Origin: Bacteroidia bacterium | GTDB lineage: Bacteria > Bacteroidota > Bacteroidia > UKL13-3 | Assembly (NCBI GenBank): GCA_044239605.1 | Contig: JBIIBC010000004.1 | Coordinates: 136,558-200,557 of the forward strand | Direction: 5' to 3' | DNA: 64,000 bases | Part shown: piece after piece, positions 1-9,908 of the stretch | Layout of the letters: each line of letters begins with the position of its first letter | Numbering within the stretch: position 1 is the stretch's first letter | The notes under the pieces: generated by a model | The model's input: the letters and a program-made list of their open reading frames with translations, nothing else | Database searches by the model: none | Told to the model about the DNA's origin: nothing | Translations under genes and position numbers: made by a program

Positions 1-308
1 GGTAGTTCCTAGTAATCCAATCCAATTGTGTTTTGAGGTATTATTATTTAAATAATATGCTTGATTGTTTTGCATAAAAGTTTTTTACTTTTTAGTAACA
101 AACATAACAACGTTTTGAATAGTATTTTATTTTTTTAGTGAACAAATAATTAAAACTGTATGATTAAAATAACAAAAGCAATTAAACCTTAATGTTCAAT
201 AAACATTGAATTTCTTAAAGAAGTTTTTTATTTGGATATTTTTATGAGATAATATTATTTGTAAATTGATGAATATTAATTGGGTAAAGTGTTTTTTTTT
301 CAATAAAA

Positions 309-3300
309 TTGCAAAAAAATTTAATTATTATGGAATTTAGTTTACAATCAAAATACAGTTTAAAAACCATTTTATTTGCACTGTTTGCAATTTTTAGTAT
401 GTTCTCTTTTGCTCAGCCTGGTTCCATGTCGAATAATACCGATTGTGATGGTTCATATGGTAATAACGCTATGACTACAGTTGGAGTTGGTTCGAATAAT
501 ACAGTTTTTACATACAGAGAGCAGGCAAATGCGAATACTGCCTCTGGAACAAAGTTTTATCAATTTAATGCTGATGGTTATTTTAATGTTTGGAACTTAA
601 ATACTCCAACTTATAATACTGTTTCAACTGCTACTTGGGGCACTGGGGGTTATAATGGAGGTATTAAAATGGGAGCAACAGTATCAAGTTCTTATTATAC
701 ATTTAATATAAGAAAAGGGACTGGTTATGCCAATCAAAGTATGGCTATTTTAGAAACTTCTTATTTACCTAAAAATATTAATGCTGTCTCTGTTCCAACA
801 AATGTTTATGGTGGACAGTCGGCAACCGTATCTGTTACTATGAGTGGAGCCTTGAATGGTTCAGAATATTTATATGTAGCATGGTCTACTGATGCTTTTG
901 CTACACAAGTAAATTCTGGTTGTGTGGCTGTTGGCGCACTTGATGGAAGTTTTATTGGAAATGCTACAATTCCAGCTCAAACTACCGGTACTATTACTTA
1001 TTATGCTTTTAGCTCTACTTCAAGTACAGTACCAAGTTTTGTCAATATACCACTTTTAACCTTGAACATGCGCAATGCAACTGCACAAAATACCAGTGCA
1101 GCCTATGCTAGTTATACCATTCAACCATGGACAACTCAAAGTGGTGCAACTACATTTAGTGCGGGCTCAAGTTGGGTAGGTGGTGTAGCTCCATCTGCAG
1201 GTATTAATATTGGTACTATTGCAATAAATCATAACATTACTTTGAACCAAGATAATATTTCTAGTGGAATAACCATTGCAAATGGAACCACATTAACAAT
1301 AAATAATGGTAATACTTTGCAAATGGCTGGTGGTATTACTACTCCAGGAACAGGAAGTTTGTTTGTAAATGGTAATTTACAAATCAATTCAGGTGGTTTT
1401 TCAAATATAGCCCCAGCTTATGGGTCTTCATCAACATTAATTTATAATTCAGGAACTACTTATGGAAGAGGTACAGAATGGAGTGCAACCACTGGCGCAG
1501 GATATCCTAATAATGTACAAATTAATAGTGGAACAATACTTAATTTAGGGGCAAATGCTGGAACTGGAACTGCAAGACAGTGTGCAGGTAACTTAACAAT
1601 AAATTCTGGAGGTACTTTTAGTATGAATGTAAATGCTATGACCGTTCCTGCAACAGTATTAGGGAAAGTTACTAATAATGGAACAATAACTTTATCAGCT
1701 TCTTCAGGTGGAGATTTGGTGTTGCATGGAGATTTAGATGATAATGGAACATTTACTGCCAACACCAGAGCTATATTTTTTGGTGGAAGTAATACCCAAA
1801 CAATAAATTCAACAACAGACCCACTTGATATTGATGTAATGCGAGTTCAAAAAACTGGTGGGGAAATTGTTTTAGCACAAAACTTATTAGTAGATGAAAC
1901 AGCTGATCCATTTCAAGTATCAACAGCTGAAAGTGTAATTAATTTAAATGGTAAGAATTTAACAATAGGGAAATCAGGAACTACTTCTGCAATTTCGATG
2001 ATATCAGGTTCAGCTATTAAATGTAATGCTGCATCTTCAATAATTATAGCAGGTAATGGAGCTTTAGGAACACTTAGATTTGACCCAAGTAATAATACTT
2101 TAAGAAATTTAACCATTAATGCTGGAACATCAAGAACAGTTACATTAGGAAGTGTGTTAAACATTACAAGTGGAAGTGCTTCTGGAATTGTTACAGTAGG
2201 ATCAGGTTCGACTTTAAACACAGGAGGTTTTTTAACTTTAAAATCTGATGCTAGTGGAACTGCAAGTATTGGTAATTCAGCAGGAACTATTAGTGGTAAT
2301 ATTAATGTTGAAAGATATATATCGGGATCTGGAAGGAAATGGCGTTTTCTAAGTACACCTGTTGTGGGACAAACATTAGCAAATTGGGGTAGTCAATTTT
2401 ATATTACGGGACCAGGTACCGCAGGTGCTACAGTAGGTTCTTCCAATTCTAACGGATATGCCACCACAAGAGGTAATTTATTAGGATTTGCAGCTACTAC
2501 ATCCTCTGTTCGAAAATATGTTGAATCAACCGCAGGAGATTTAAATATTGGTTGGGCTGATCTAGGTTCAAATACTACTTCTACATTAACCCCGGGCGAA
2601 GGTTATAGGGCTTTTATTAGAGGACCTATTTCAGGTAATTATTCAGTAGATACATTAGCAATCGGTTCAACTGCTAATTCTGAAAATCAGTCGTTGTTTA
2701 CTTTAGTTCAAACAGGTTCAGTTAGTAACAATGTGAATGCTGGAACGGTAAATTTACCTGTTACTTTTACTTCAAATAATGGTACTTCAAATGATGGTTG
2801 GAATTTAGTTGGTAATCCTTATCCTTCTAATATCGATTGGAATGCTGTTGGTAAAACATCAATATCCAATACCATGTATATTTTCAATCCTTCTAATAAT
2901 GTTTATGGCTCATACGATGGTTTGACTGGTGTTAATTCTGTGAATAGATTTATCCCTAGTGGTCAGTCCTTTTTTGTAAAAGCTACTACAAATAGCCCTA
3001 GCCCTATATTATCATTAACTGAGGCTGTTAAAGTAAGCAACACTTCACCAATATTGCTTAAAACAGGTGATGAGTTAAATACTTTAAGAATAAAATTATT
3101 TAAAGATTCAATGGAAAACGATGAAACAGTTATTAGATTTTATGAAGGAAAAAATGATGAATTTATTGATGGTGAAGATGTGCCAAAATTTGTAAATGAA
3201 AATGTAAATATTTCTTCTTCTTTTGGTAATAAAGTTTATTCAATGGTTAATTATTTAAGCTTAAATAGCTTAACGAACAAGGTTGTTAAATTAGCTGCTT

Positions 3301-3770
3301 GGGTTTCTACTCCAGGAAGTTATAAAATGGAATTTAATCAAACTGAAGATTTTGATGCAAATGTTAAAATTTATCTAAGAGATAATTATAATAATACAGT
3401 TACTAATTTAAGAGATAAACCTACTTACACATTTAATATTGATACTTCAAAGGCTTCAACTCAAGATGGAAGATTGGAAATAATTTTTACTGATAAAGCT
3501 TATACATCAACATCGGAAAATATCTTAGAAGTTACAGATGTATTAGTATTTCCAAATCCTGCTAAGGATTTCATTAATATTGAATTTGTAAATTCTAAAT
3601 TTACAAATAGTAAAGTACAAGTTATTGATATTTCAGGTAAGGAATATTTTAATATTGATATGAAAAGTGAAAGTCAAAAAATCAATATTGAAAATTTAGT
3701 AAGTGGTGTTTATTTTGTTAAAATTACCAATAATAACGGTGCAAATAGGACTGTTAAAATTGTAAAATAA
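309..3770 (+). CDS. Large secreted repeat-rich surface protein with a T9SS C-terminal sorting domain, adhesin-like
   Basis: 1153-aa ORF. N-terminal signal peptide (FALFAIFSMFSFAQ). Gly/Thr/Asn/Ser-rich body with beta-helix-like repeats. C-terminal ~80 aa (VLVFPNPAKDFINIEF...GVYFVKITNNNGANRTVKIVK) matches the Por/T9SS C-terminal domain pattern. Confidence 0.7.
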   Translation: MQKNLIIMEFSLQSKYSLKTILFALFAIFSMFSFAQPGSMSNNTDCDGSYGNNAMTTVGVGSNNTVFTYREQANANTASGTKFYQFNADGYFNVWNLNTPTYNTVSTATWGTGGYNGGIKMGATVSSSYYTFNIRKGTGYANQSMAILETSYLPKNINAVSVPTNVYGGQSATVSVTMSGALNGSEYLYVAWSTDAFATQVNSGCVAVGALDGSFIGNATIPAQTTGTITYYAFSSTSSTVPSFVNIPLLTLNMRNATAQNTSAAYASYTIQPWTTQSGATTFSAGSSWVGGVAPSAGINIGTIAINHNITLNQDNISSGITIANGTTLTINNGNTLQMAGGITTPGTGSLFVNGNLQINSGGFSNIAPAYGSSSTLIYNSGTTYGRGTEWSATTGAGYPNNVQINSGTILNLGANAGTGTARQCAGNLTINSGGTFSMNVNAMTVPATVLGKVTNNGTITLSASSGGDLVLHGDLDDNGTFTANTRAIFFGGSNTQTINSTTDPLDIDVMRVQKTGGEIVLAQNLLVDETADPFQVSTAESVINLNGKNLTIGKSGTTSAISMISGSAIKCNAASSIIIAGNGALGTLRFDPSNNTLRNLTINAGTSRTVTLGSVLNITSGSASGIVTVGSGSTLNTGGFLTLKSDASGTASIGNSAGTISGNINVERYISGSGRKWRFLSTPVVGQTLANWGSQFYITGPGTAGATVGSSNSNGYATTRGNLLGFAATTSSVRKYVESTAGDLNIGWADLGSNTTSTLTPGEGYRAFIRGPISGNYSVDTLAIGSTANSENQSLFTLVQTGSVSNNVNAGTVNLPVTFTSNNGTSNDGWNLVGNPYPSNIDWNAVGKTSISNTMYIFNPSNNVYGSYDGLTGVNSVNRFIPSGQSFFVKATTNSPSPILSLTEAVKVSNTSPILLKTGDELNTLRIKLFKDSMENDETVIRFYEGKNDEFIDGEDVPKFVNENVNISSSFGNKVYSMVNYLSLNSLTNKVVKLAAWVSTPGSYKMEFNQTEDFDANVKIYLRDNYNNTVTNLRDKPTYTFNIDTSKASTQDGRLEIIFTDKAYTSTSENILEVTDVLVFPNPAKDFINIEFVNSKFTNSKVQVIDISGKEYFNIDMKSESQKINIENLVSGVYFVKITNNNGANRTVKIVK

Positions 3771-3784
3771 AGTAAGGTATTACT

Positions 3785-3836
3785 AAAAAAATAAAGGTGG
3801 GAAGTTTTTAATTTCCCACCTTTTTATTTTTTATTT
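3785..3836. terminator. Bidirectional rho-independent terminator between convergent genes
   Basis: Perfect hairpin aaaggtgggaa/ttcccaccttt (3793-3823) with an A-run on one side and a T-run on the other. Confidence 0.55.
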
Positions 3837-6121
3837 TTCACTAATTTAATAACTACATATTTACTAGTAGGTGTATTGCTTTTATCTGCCACAGAATTAA
3901 TAGGAACCAATACATTTGTTTCAGGAAAATAGGTAGCAGTGCATTGCTCTGGAATATTGTATTTAATAATCATAAAGTTATGCGCAACACGTTCTACATT
4001 ATCGTGGTAATTATAAATGTCAACCGAATCGCCATGGTCAAATCCTAACTTTTTGATATCGTTTTCATTCATTAAAATTACCCTACGCTCATTGTAAATT
4101 CCTCTATAACGGTCGTCTAAACCATAAATAGTTGTATTAAATTGATCATGAGTCCTAATGGTCATCATCATCAATTCATCATTGGCTAATTCGTTAAATG
4201 TTAGTTTTCCAATATTAAAGTTAGCTTTTTGGGTAGTTGTATTAAATTTCCTTTCTCTTGAACCATTTGGTAAGTAAAATCCACCTGGCTCTCTTACACG
4301 TTTGTTGTAATCAGTAAAACCATTAATAGTGCGTTCAATGTCGTTTCTAATAATATCGTAATTAGTTTCATATTTACTCCAATCTATTTTAGTTTTAGTG
4401 CTTAAAGTAGCCTTTGCAATTTGGCAAACCATTACACTTTCGCTTAACAAATGTTGACTAATTGGTTTTAAATTTCCTTTACTCTTTTGTACCACACCCA
4501 TTGAATTTTCGCAACTAATAAATTGCTCTTCTCCATTGGCATTTATGTCTTTATCACTTCTTCCATAAGTTGGTAAAATAAGTGCTTCTTCGCCTGTAAT
4601 TAAATGACTCCTGTTTAATTTTGTGCTTATATGAACTGTTAGTTTGCAGTTTTGTAAAGCTTGTGCTGTATACTTGGTATCTGGTGTTGCCGATAAAAAA
4701 TTACCACCCATGGCTATAAAAATTTTGCCTTTTTCTTCATACATTTTTTTAATGGCATTCACCACATCAAGCCCATGTTCGTAGGGCGCATTGATGTTAA
4801 AAACATTATTAAGTTTATCAATAAATTCTTTAGAGGGCTTTTCGTAAATGCCCATGGTTCTATCGCCTTGCACATTGCTATGCCCACGTACAGGGCAAGT
4901 TCCAGCACCTGGTTTGCCAATACTTCCTTTTAATAATAATAAATTTACTACTTCTTTTATGGTATCAACGGCATTTTTATGTTGCGTTAAACCCATTGCC
5001 CAACAAGCAATTATTTTCTTTTTATGTTTTATGGCATCAAAAGTCTCGTGTAATTGGGTTAATGAAATACCACAAGTCTTACTCAAATCAAGTAAAGAAT
5101 AATTACCCATATCGGCTTTTAATTGTTCAAAGCCAGTGGTTTGATTATTTATAAAATCATGGTCAAATATAGTTCCTGGACTTTTTTCTTCTTCTTCAAA
5201 AAGTAGTTTTTCAAGGGCTTTTATTAACGCTAAATCACTGTTAATTTTAACTTGCAAAAATATATCAGTTAGTTGCGATTTTATACCTAAAACCCCATTT
5301 ACTTTTTGAGGATTATTAAAACCAACCAATCCGGTTTCTTTTAAAGGATTTACCGAAATAATGGTACATCCATTTTGTTTTGCTTTTTGCAAAGCGCTAA
5401 GCATTCTCGGATGGTTGGTACCAGGATTTTGACCTAAAATAATTATGACTTCTGCTTCATAAAAATCTTCTAGCGTAACTGAACCTTTTCCAATTCCAAC
5501 GCTTTCTGAAAGCGCTACACCGCTGCTTTCATGGCACATATTACTGCAATCAGGAAGATTATTTGTGCCAAATTCTCTTACAAAAAGTTGGTATAAAAAT
5601 GCTGCTTCGTTACTTGTTCTTCCCGATGTATAAAAAATAGCATCGTCAGGCGAAGGTAGCTCGTTTAAATTTTTCGCAATCAAATTAAAAGCATTTTCCC
5701 AACTAATTGGTTGGTAATGTGTGGCTCCTTTTGGCAAATACATTGGTTCAGCTACACGACCCTTTTTACCAATTCTATAATCATCTAATTGCGAAAGTTC
5801 AGCAACCGAATTTTTTGCAAAAAAATCAGCCCATAAAGCTTTGGTTGTTGCCTCTTCGGCAATGGCTTTTGCCCCATTTTCGCAATATTCAGCTATTGGC
5901 GAACGTTCGTCATCGGGGTCAGGCCAAGCGCATCCAGGGCAATCAAAACCATCTTTTTGATTCAGTTTAGCCAAAACTTTAAAACCACGAATGGGTCCCA
6001 TTTCGCTAAACACGTGTTTAACCGAAGAAATAACAGCAGGAATACCAGCAGCAGTTTCCTTTGGCTCTGTAAGTTTTATATCTAAAAACTCTTCTGGATT
6101 TTCTGGATTTGGCTTTTGCAT
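3824..6121 (-). CDS. FdhF/YdeP-family molybdopterin oxidoreductase (formate dehydrogenase-like)
   Basis: 765 aa. N-terminal Cys cluster (CPGCAWPDPDD...C) and a molybdopterin oxidoreductase-like body. Size and motifs fit the YdeP/FdhF-like family. Confidence 0.65.
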   Translation of the reverse strand: MQKPNPENPEEFLDIKLTEPKETAAGIPAVISSVKHVFSEMGPIRGFKVLAKLNQKDGFDCPGCAWPDPDDERSPIAEYCENGAKAIAEEATTKALWADFFAKNSVAELSQLDDYRIGKKGRVAEPMYLPKGATHYQPISWENAFNLIAKNLNELPSPDDAIFYTSGRTSNEAAFLYQLFVREFGTNNLPDCSNMCHESSGVALSESVGIGKGSVTLEDFYEAEVIIILGQNPGTNHPRMLSALQKAKQNGCTIISVNPLKETGLVGFNNPQKVNGVLGIKSQLTDIFLQVKINSDLALIKALEKLLFEEEEKSPGTIFDHDFINNQTTGFEQLKADMGNYSLLDLSKTCGISLTQLHETFDAIKHKKKIIACWAMGLTQHKNAVDTIKEVVNLLLLKGSIGKPGAGTCPVRGHSNVQGDRTMGIYEKPSKEFIDKLNNVFNINAPYEHGLDVVNAIKKMYEEKGKIFIAMGGNFLSATPDTKYTAQALQNCKLTVHISTKLNRSHLITGEEALILPTYGRSDKDINANGEEQFISCENSMGVVQKSKGNLKPISQHLLSESVMVCQIAKATLSTKTKIDWSKYETNYDIIRNDIERTINGFTDYNKRVREPGGFYLPNGSRERKFNTTTQKANFNIGKLTFNELANDELMMMTIRTHDQFNTTIYGLDDRYRGIYNERRVILMNENDIKKLGFDHGDSVDIYNYHDNVERVAHNFMIIKYNIPEQCTATYFPETNVLVPINSVADKSNTPTSKYVVIKLVKNKK

Positions 6122-6150
6122 TGGTTGATTTATTGATTTGGAGATTTAGA

Positions 6151-6206
6151 GATTGTTGAATTGTTAGATTGTTGGATTGTTAGATTGTTAGATTGTTGAT
6201 TGTCGA
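6151..6206. repeat. Octanucleotide microsatellite (GATTGTTR, ~7 units) in the promoter region of the YdeP-like gene
   Basis: The stretch gattgttg aattgtta gattgttg gattgtta gattgtta gattgttg attgtcga is read directly. A GATTT-rich stretch precedes it from 6127. Confidence 0.7.
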
Positions 6207-6249
6207 ATTGCTTATTTTACAAATCACAAATCTCATTTCCCAACTTTCA

Positions 6250-6618
6250 TTAACACACAGCATTAGGATTAGGAAACATATCACTTTGGTCTTCAAAAGT
6301 ATTATCTAAACAAACAAAATCTTTTTCTACCAATAAAAATAACTTTTTATCATTACCAATATCGAATTTATTTTCTATCCCAACTAAGTCAGTTGTAGTC
6401 CAGTTTTGGGCAATGCTTTCAGGAACTAAAAGTGTAATTTTATTATCAATCATTTGTGCTGATAGTTCACTAACATTTGTTGTAACAGCCAATGCATAAA
6501 ATAACTTATTATCAATAAATTCGGTAGCTTCTTCAATAAATCCATTATCTGCAAAGTTTTTTACTTCTATTTGTGTTAAACGTATGCGAATAGAATTGCC
6601 TTTGATGCGTATTTTCAT
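6250..6618 (-). CDS. Hypothetical protein
   Basis: 122-aa ORF with no recognisable motif. It sits in a plausible gene position downstream of the microsatellite. Confidence 0.45.
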   Translation of the reverse strand: MKIRIKGNSIRIRLTQIEVKNFADNGFIEEATEFIDNKLFYALAVTTNVSELSAQMIDNKITLLVPESIAQNWTTTDLVGIENKFDIGNDKKLFLLVEKDFVCLDNTFEDQSDMFPNPNAVC

Positions 6619-6825
6619 GTGGTAGTTTTATTTAATGTTTCGAAATAAAGGAAAAAAATATAAATATTTACTAATTATCTATTTAGGGTTGCATTATTAA
6701 TTTTATGTAATATTAAGTAAGTCAAATTATTAAGTATTAATTTTATTACCTTGGTTTTTCAATAAATAATTTAAATTCGCCCTCCTAAAAAAGAATGTAC
6801 AACCTATTTTTATCTATTTTTTAAA

Positions 6826-8931
6826 ATGACTGAATTAAACGAAGTGAATCCTTCTGAAGCTGCATTAAATGCAGAAGCTACTGAATTAACCAATGTAGAA
6901 AATACTACAACAGAAAATGTAGTTATTGAAAATCCTATTGCTGAGGTTACAGCAAGTGTTGAACCAATAATGGTTGAAGAAAATACTTTACCTGAAAATG
7001 TAATAGTTGAAAGCAATGTTGCTGAGATTACAGTTAGTGTTGAACCAATTATTGTTGAAGAAAATAACATAGTAATAAAGCCAGAAACTATTGATAATTT
7101 AGTAACTGATTCCATTGAAATTGCTTTAGATGAGCATGAATTGGATGCTGATTTAGCTGCAATTGAACATCATGAAATGGCTGAGCAATTAGATTATGCA
7201 AACAAAACTAAAGATGAATTATTGGCAATAGCATTGCAAGGTGTGAGCGATAAACCTCATAGTGAAGCATTGCAAATTTTTAAAGATATAAAACCACACT
7301 TTGATGCTGCATTAAACGAAGAACAGAATACTGCCATGCAAAAGTTTATTGAAGAAGGTGGTGAAAAAGACGATTTTGAATATAAAGCTGGAGTAAATGC
7401 CCGCGATACTTTTAATAAGGCTATAAAGGATTTACGTGATAAAATTTCGGCTGCTAAAGCTATTGCTGAAGCTGAACGCGTTAAAAATTTACGTGCAAAA
7501 GAAAATATTTTAGACCAAATTAAGGCCTTAAATAGCAGTGAAGAAACCAAAGAAAGTTTGACAAAATTAAAAGAGTTACAAACTGAATGGAAAAAAATTA
7601 AGAATGTTCCAAAAGAACATGTAGAACGCCTTTGGGAAAGCTATAGAGTGCTGAACGAAATTTTTTATGATAAGTTAAGTATTGATAATGAAATAGCCCA
7701 ATTAGACAGAGAGCGTAATTTAGATGCTAAAATTGATTTATGCAAAAAAGTAAGCGAATTAGCTGAAGAAAAAAGCATTAAATCTGCTTTGATTGCAGTT
7801 AAAAAATACCAAGAAGATTGGAGAAATATTGGGCCAGTTCCTAAAGAAGCTAACGAAGAAATTTGGACTCGTTTTAAAGCTGAGGTTGATAAAATATATG
7901 CTAGTATAAAAGCCGAAACAGAAAAAAATGAAGCTGTTCGTCAAGCTAACTTGGTATTGAAATTGGCTTTGATTGAAAAATCGAAAGAATTAGCTACCTA
8001 TGCTACTACTCGTATTAAGGATTGGATGGAAAAAACCAAAGAAGCCAATGAATTAATGGAGGAGTGGAAAAAAATTGGTTATGTACCAATGGCGGAAAGA
8101 GAAAAAGTTTGGGAAGAATTTAAAGACATACGCAACACTTTCTTTAACAATAAAAACAATTGGTTCAAATCGTTTAATGCGGTTAGAAACGAAAATTTAA
8201 AGAAAAAACAAGAGTTGGTAAAAGAAGCAGAAAACATTGCTGCTGCACCAATTGACTGGGGTAAACAAACTGCTACCATTAAAAATTTACAAGAACAATG
8301 GAAACAAGTTGGTCCAGTTCCTGATAAATTTAATGATGAAATTTGGAAGAAATTTAGAACTGCTTGTGATTTATTTTTTGAAAAGAAAGCAGAACGTTTT
8401 GCTGAGCAAAATGCTGAGCAAGGAGGTAATTTAATTGCTAAAAAAGAATTGATTACGCAATTAGAAGCAATGGCTGCCAATGAGGCTGAAAATCCTAATG
8501 CATTAAATGAGCTAAAAACCATTCAAGATGCTTGGAGTAAAATTGGATTTGTACCTAACAAAGATAAAGATGCTATTAGCAAAGCGTACAATGATTTATT
8601 GGATAAAATTTATGGTCGTCACCGCGAGTTACGCAAAAACATGCGCCAAGCCGATGATAGAGCTCACTTTGAATCGTTAGCTAATAACAATGATGGTGGC
8701 CAACGTTTGCAGCGTGAAGAGCGTATTTTGCAAGAGCGTATTAAAGGTTTAAAAACCGATATTGATACGTGGGATAACAACCTAGGTTTCTTTAAAAACA
8801 CCAATGCTAAAAACGAAATGGTAATTCAAATTAATGATAAAATTGCCGCTGCAAAACGTATGATCAAGGAATTGGAGGATAAAATAAAAACCATTAGAAC
8901 TTTAAAGAATCCAACACCTAAAGCCGACTAA
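6826..8931 (+). CDS. DUF349 domain-containing protein
   Basis: 701 aa. Multiple repeats of the W..(I/V)G.VP...(E)IW..F motif (WKKIKNVPKEH, WRNIGPVPKEANEEIW, WKKIGYVPMAEREKVW, WKQVGPVPDKFNDEIW, WSKIGFVPNKDKD) are typical of DUF349. The N-terminus contains a tandem ~25-aa duplication. Confidence 0.75.
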   Translation: MTELNEVNPSEAALNAEATELTNVENTTTENVVIENPIAEVTASVEPIMVEENTLPENVIVESNVAEITVSVEPIIVEENNIVIKPETIDNLVTDSIEIALDEHELDADLAAIEHHEMAEQLDYANKTKDELLAIALQGVSDKPHSEALQIFKDIKPHFDAALNEEQNTAMQKFIEEGGEKDDFEYKAGVNARDTFNKAIKDLRDKISAAKAIAEAERVKNLRAKENILDQIKALNSSEETKESLTKLKELQTEWKKIKNVPKEHVERLWESYRVLNEIFYDKLSIDNEIAQLDRERNLDAKIDLCKKVSELAEEKSIKSALIAVKKYQEDWRNIGPVPKEANEEIWTRFKAEVDKIYASIKAETEKNEAVRQANLVLKLALIEKSKELATYATTRIKDWMEKTKEANELMEEWKKIGYVPMAEREKVWEEFKDIRNTFFNNKNNWFKSFNAVRNENLKKKQELVKEAENIAAAPIDWGKQTATIKNLQEQWKQVGPVPDKFNDEIWKKFRTACDLFFEKKAERFAEQNAEQGGNLIAKKELITQLEAMAANEAENPNALNELKTIQDAWSKIGFVPNKDKDAISKAYNDLLDKIYGRHRELRKNMRQADDRAHFESLANNNDGGQRLQREERILQERIKGLKTDIDTWDNNLGFFKNTNAKNEMVIQINDKIAAAKRMIKELEDKIKTIRTLKNPTPKAD

Positions 8932-9006
8932 TTAAATACCAAAAGACACAATGACATACTGAATAAGCAAGTATGGTTTTTGAGTTATTTTTATAAAATT
9001 AATACA

Positions 9007-9837
9007 ATGACAAAAAAAATAGTAAATGTTGGCGATATAGCATGCGGAAGCAATGAGTTATTCTTAATCTCAGGCCCTTGTGTTATTGAAGATGAGTCAA
9101 TAATGATGAAAACTGCCGAAAAATTAAAAGAGGTTTCGGAAAAGTTAAAAATTAAGATGATTTACAAATCATCGTTTCAAAAAGATAATCGCAGTAGTTT
9201 AAAATATTACGATGGTCCAGGATTGGCAAAAGGTGTAGCTATTTTAGCTAAAGTTAAAGAGCAATTTGGTTTTCCATTGCTAACCGATATTCATTATCCT
9301 GATCAAGCAGCTGCGGCTGGCGAGGTGTGTGATGTGTTGCAAATTCCAGCTTACTTATGTATGCAGTCTACTTTAATGGTGGCTGCTGCTAAAACTGGAC
9401 GTGTAATCAACATCAAACATGGTCAGTTTTTGGCTCCAGAAAACATGAAACATCCGGTTCAAAAATGTATTGATGCTGGAAACGACCAAGTAATTTTAAC
9501 TGAACGTGGTTACACATTTGGTTATAACGATATGGTAGTTGATCCAAGAAGTTTCTTTTTAATGGGACAAATTGGTTATCCTGTAGTATTTGATATTACC
9601 CATTCAATCCGTAAATATGGTATTCCAAGTGCTGATGCGAAAGGTGGAGCTCGTGAGTTTTTACCTGTTTTAAGCAGAGCTGGAGTTGCTGCTGGAGTTG
9701 ATGGTGTATTTATTGAAACACATCCTGAACCAGAAAAAGCATTGTGCGATGCTGCTTCTCAATTAAGTGTTTATCAATTAGAAGAGTTTTTAAAACCATT
9801 AATTGAAATCCACAATTTAGAAGTAAGTTACAGATAA
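9007..9837 (+). CDS. kdsA: 3-deoxy-8-phosphooctulonate synthase (KDO-8-P synthase)
   Basis: Strong resemblance to KdsA throughout (NVGDI...FLISGPCVIE, KSSFQKDNRSS, GPGL..G, LTDIH, DVLQIPA, HPEPE..CDG). Start chosen at MTKKIV, internal to the track ORF 8980..9837. Confidence 0.85.
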   Translation: MTKKIVNVGDIACGSNELFLISGPCVIEDESIMMKTAEKLKEVSEKLKIKMIYKSSFQKDNRSSLKYYDGPGLAKGVAILAKVKEQFGFPLLTDIHYPDQAAAAGEVCDVLQIPAYLCMQSTLMVAAAKTGRVINIKHGQFLAPENMKHPVQKCIDAGNDQVILTERGYTFGYNDMVVDPRSFFLMGQIGYPVVFDITHSIRKYGIPSADAKGGAREFLPVLSRAGVAAGVDGVFIETHPEPEKALCDAASQLSVYQLEEFLKPLIEIHNLEVSYR

Positions 9838-9867
9838 AAATAATATTTTCTCGAAATTACAAATGAA

Positions 9868-9897
9868 AAGACGCAATTTAAATTTGCGTCTTTTTTT
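9868..9897 (+). terminator. Rho-independent terminator after kdsA
   Basis: Hairpin gacgcaa-tttaaat-ttgcgtc followed by a 7-T run. Confidence 0.5.
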
Positions 9898-9908
9898 ATT
9901 AGCAAAAT

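Noticed and set aside
4848-5970. Track ORFs 4848..5102 (+) and 5707..5970 (+)
   Set aside because: They lie fully inside and antisense to the 765-aa oxidoreductase gene and their translations are low-complexity. I judge them spurious.
7257-8522. Minus-strand ORFs 7257..7550, 7759..7944 and 8079..8522, and the plus-strand ORF 8237..8434
   Set aside because: All are embedded in the DUF349 gene. The minus-strand ones are antisense and the plus-strand one is in an alternate frame. They are Ser/Phe-rich, typical of reverse-frame artefacts in AT-rich DNA.
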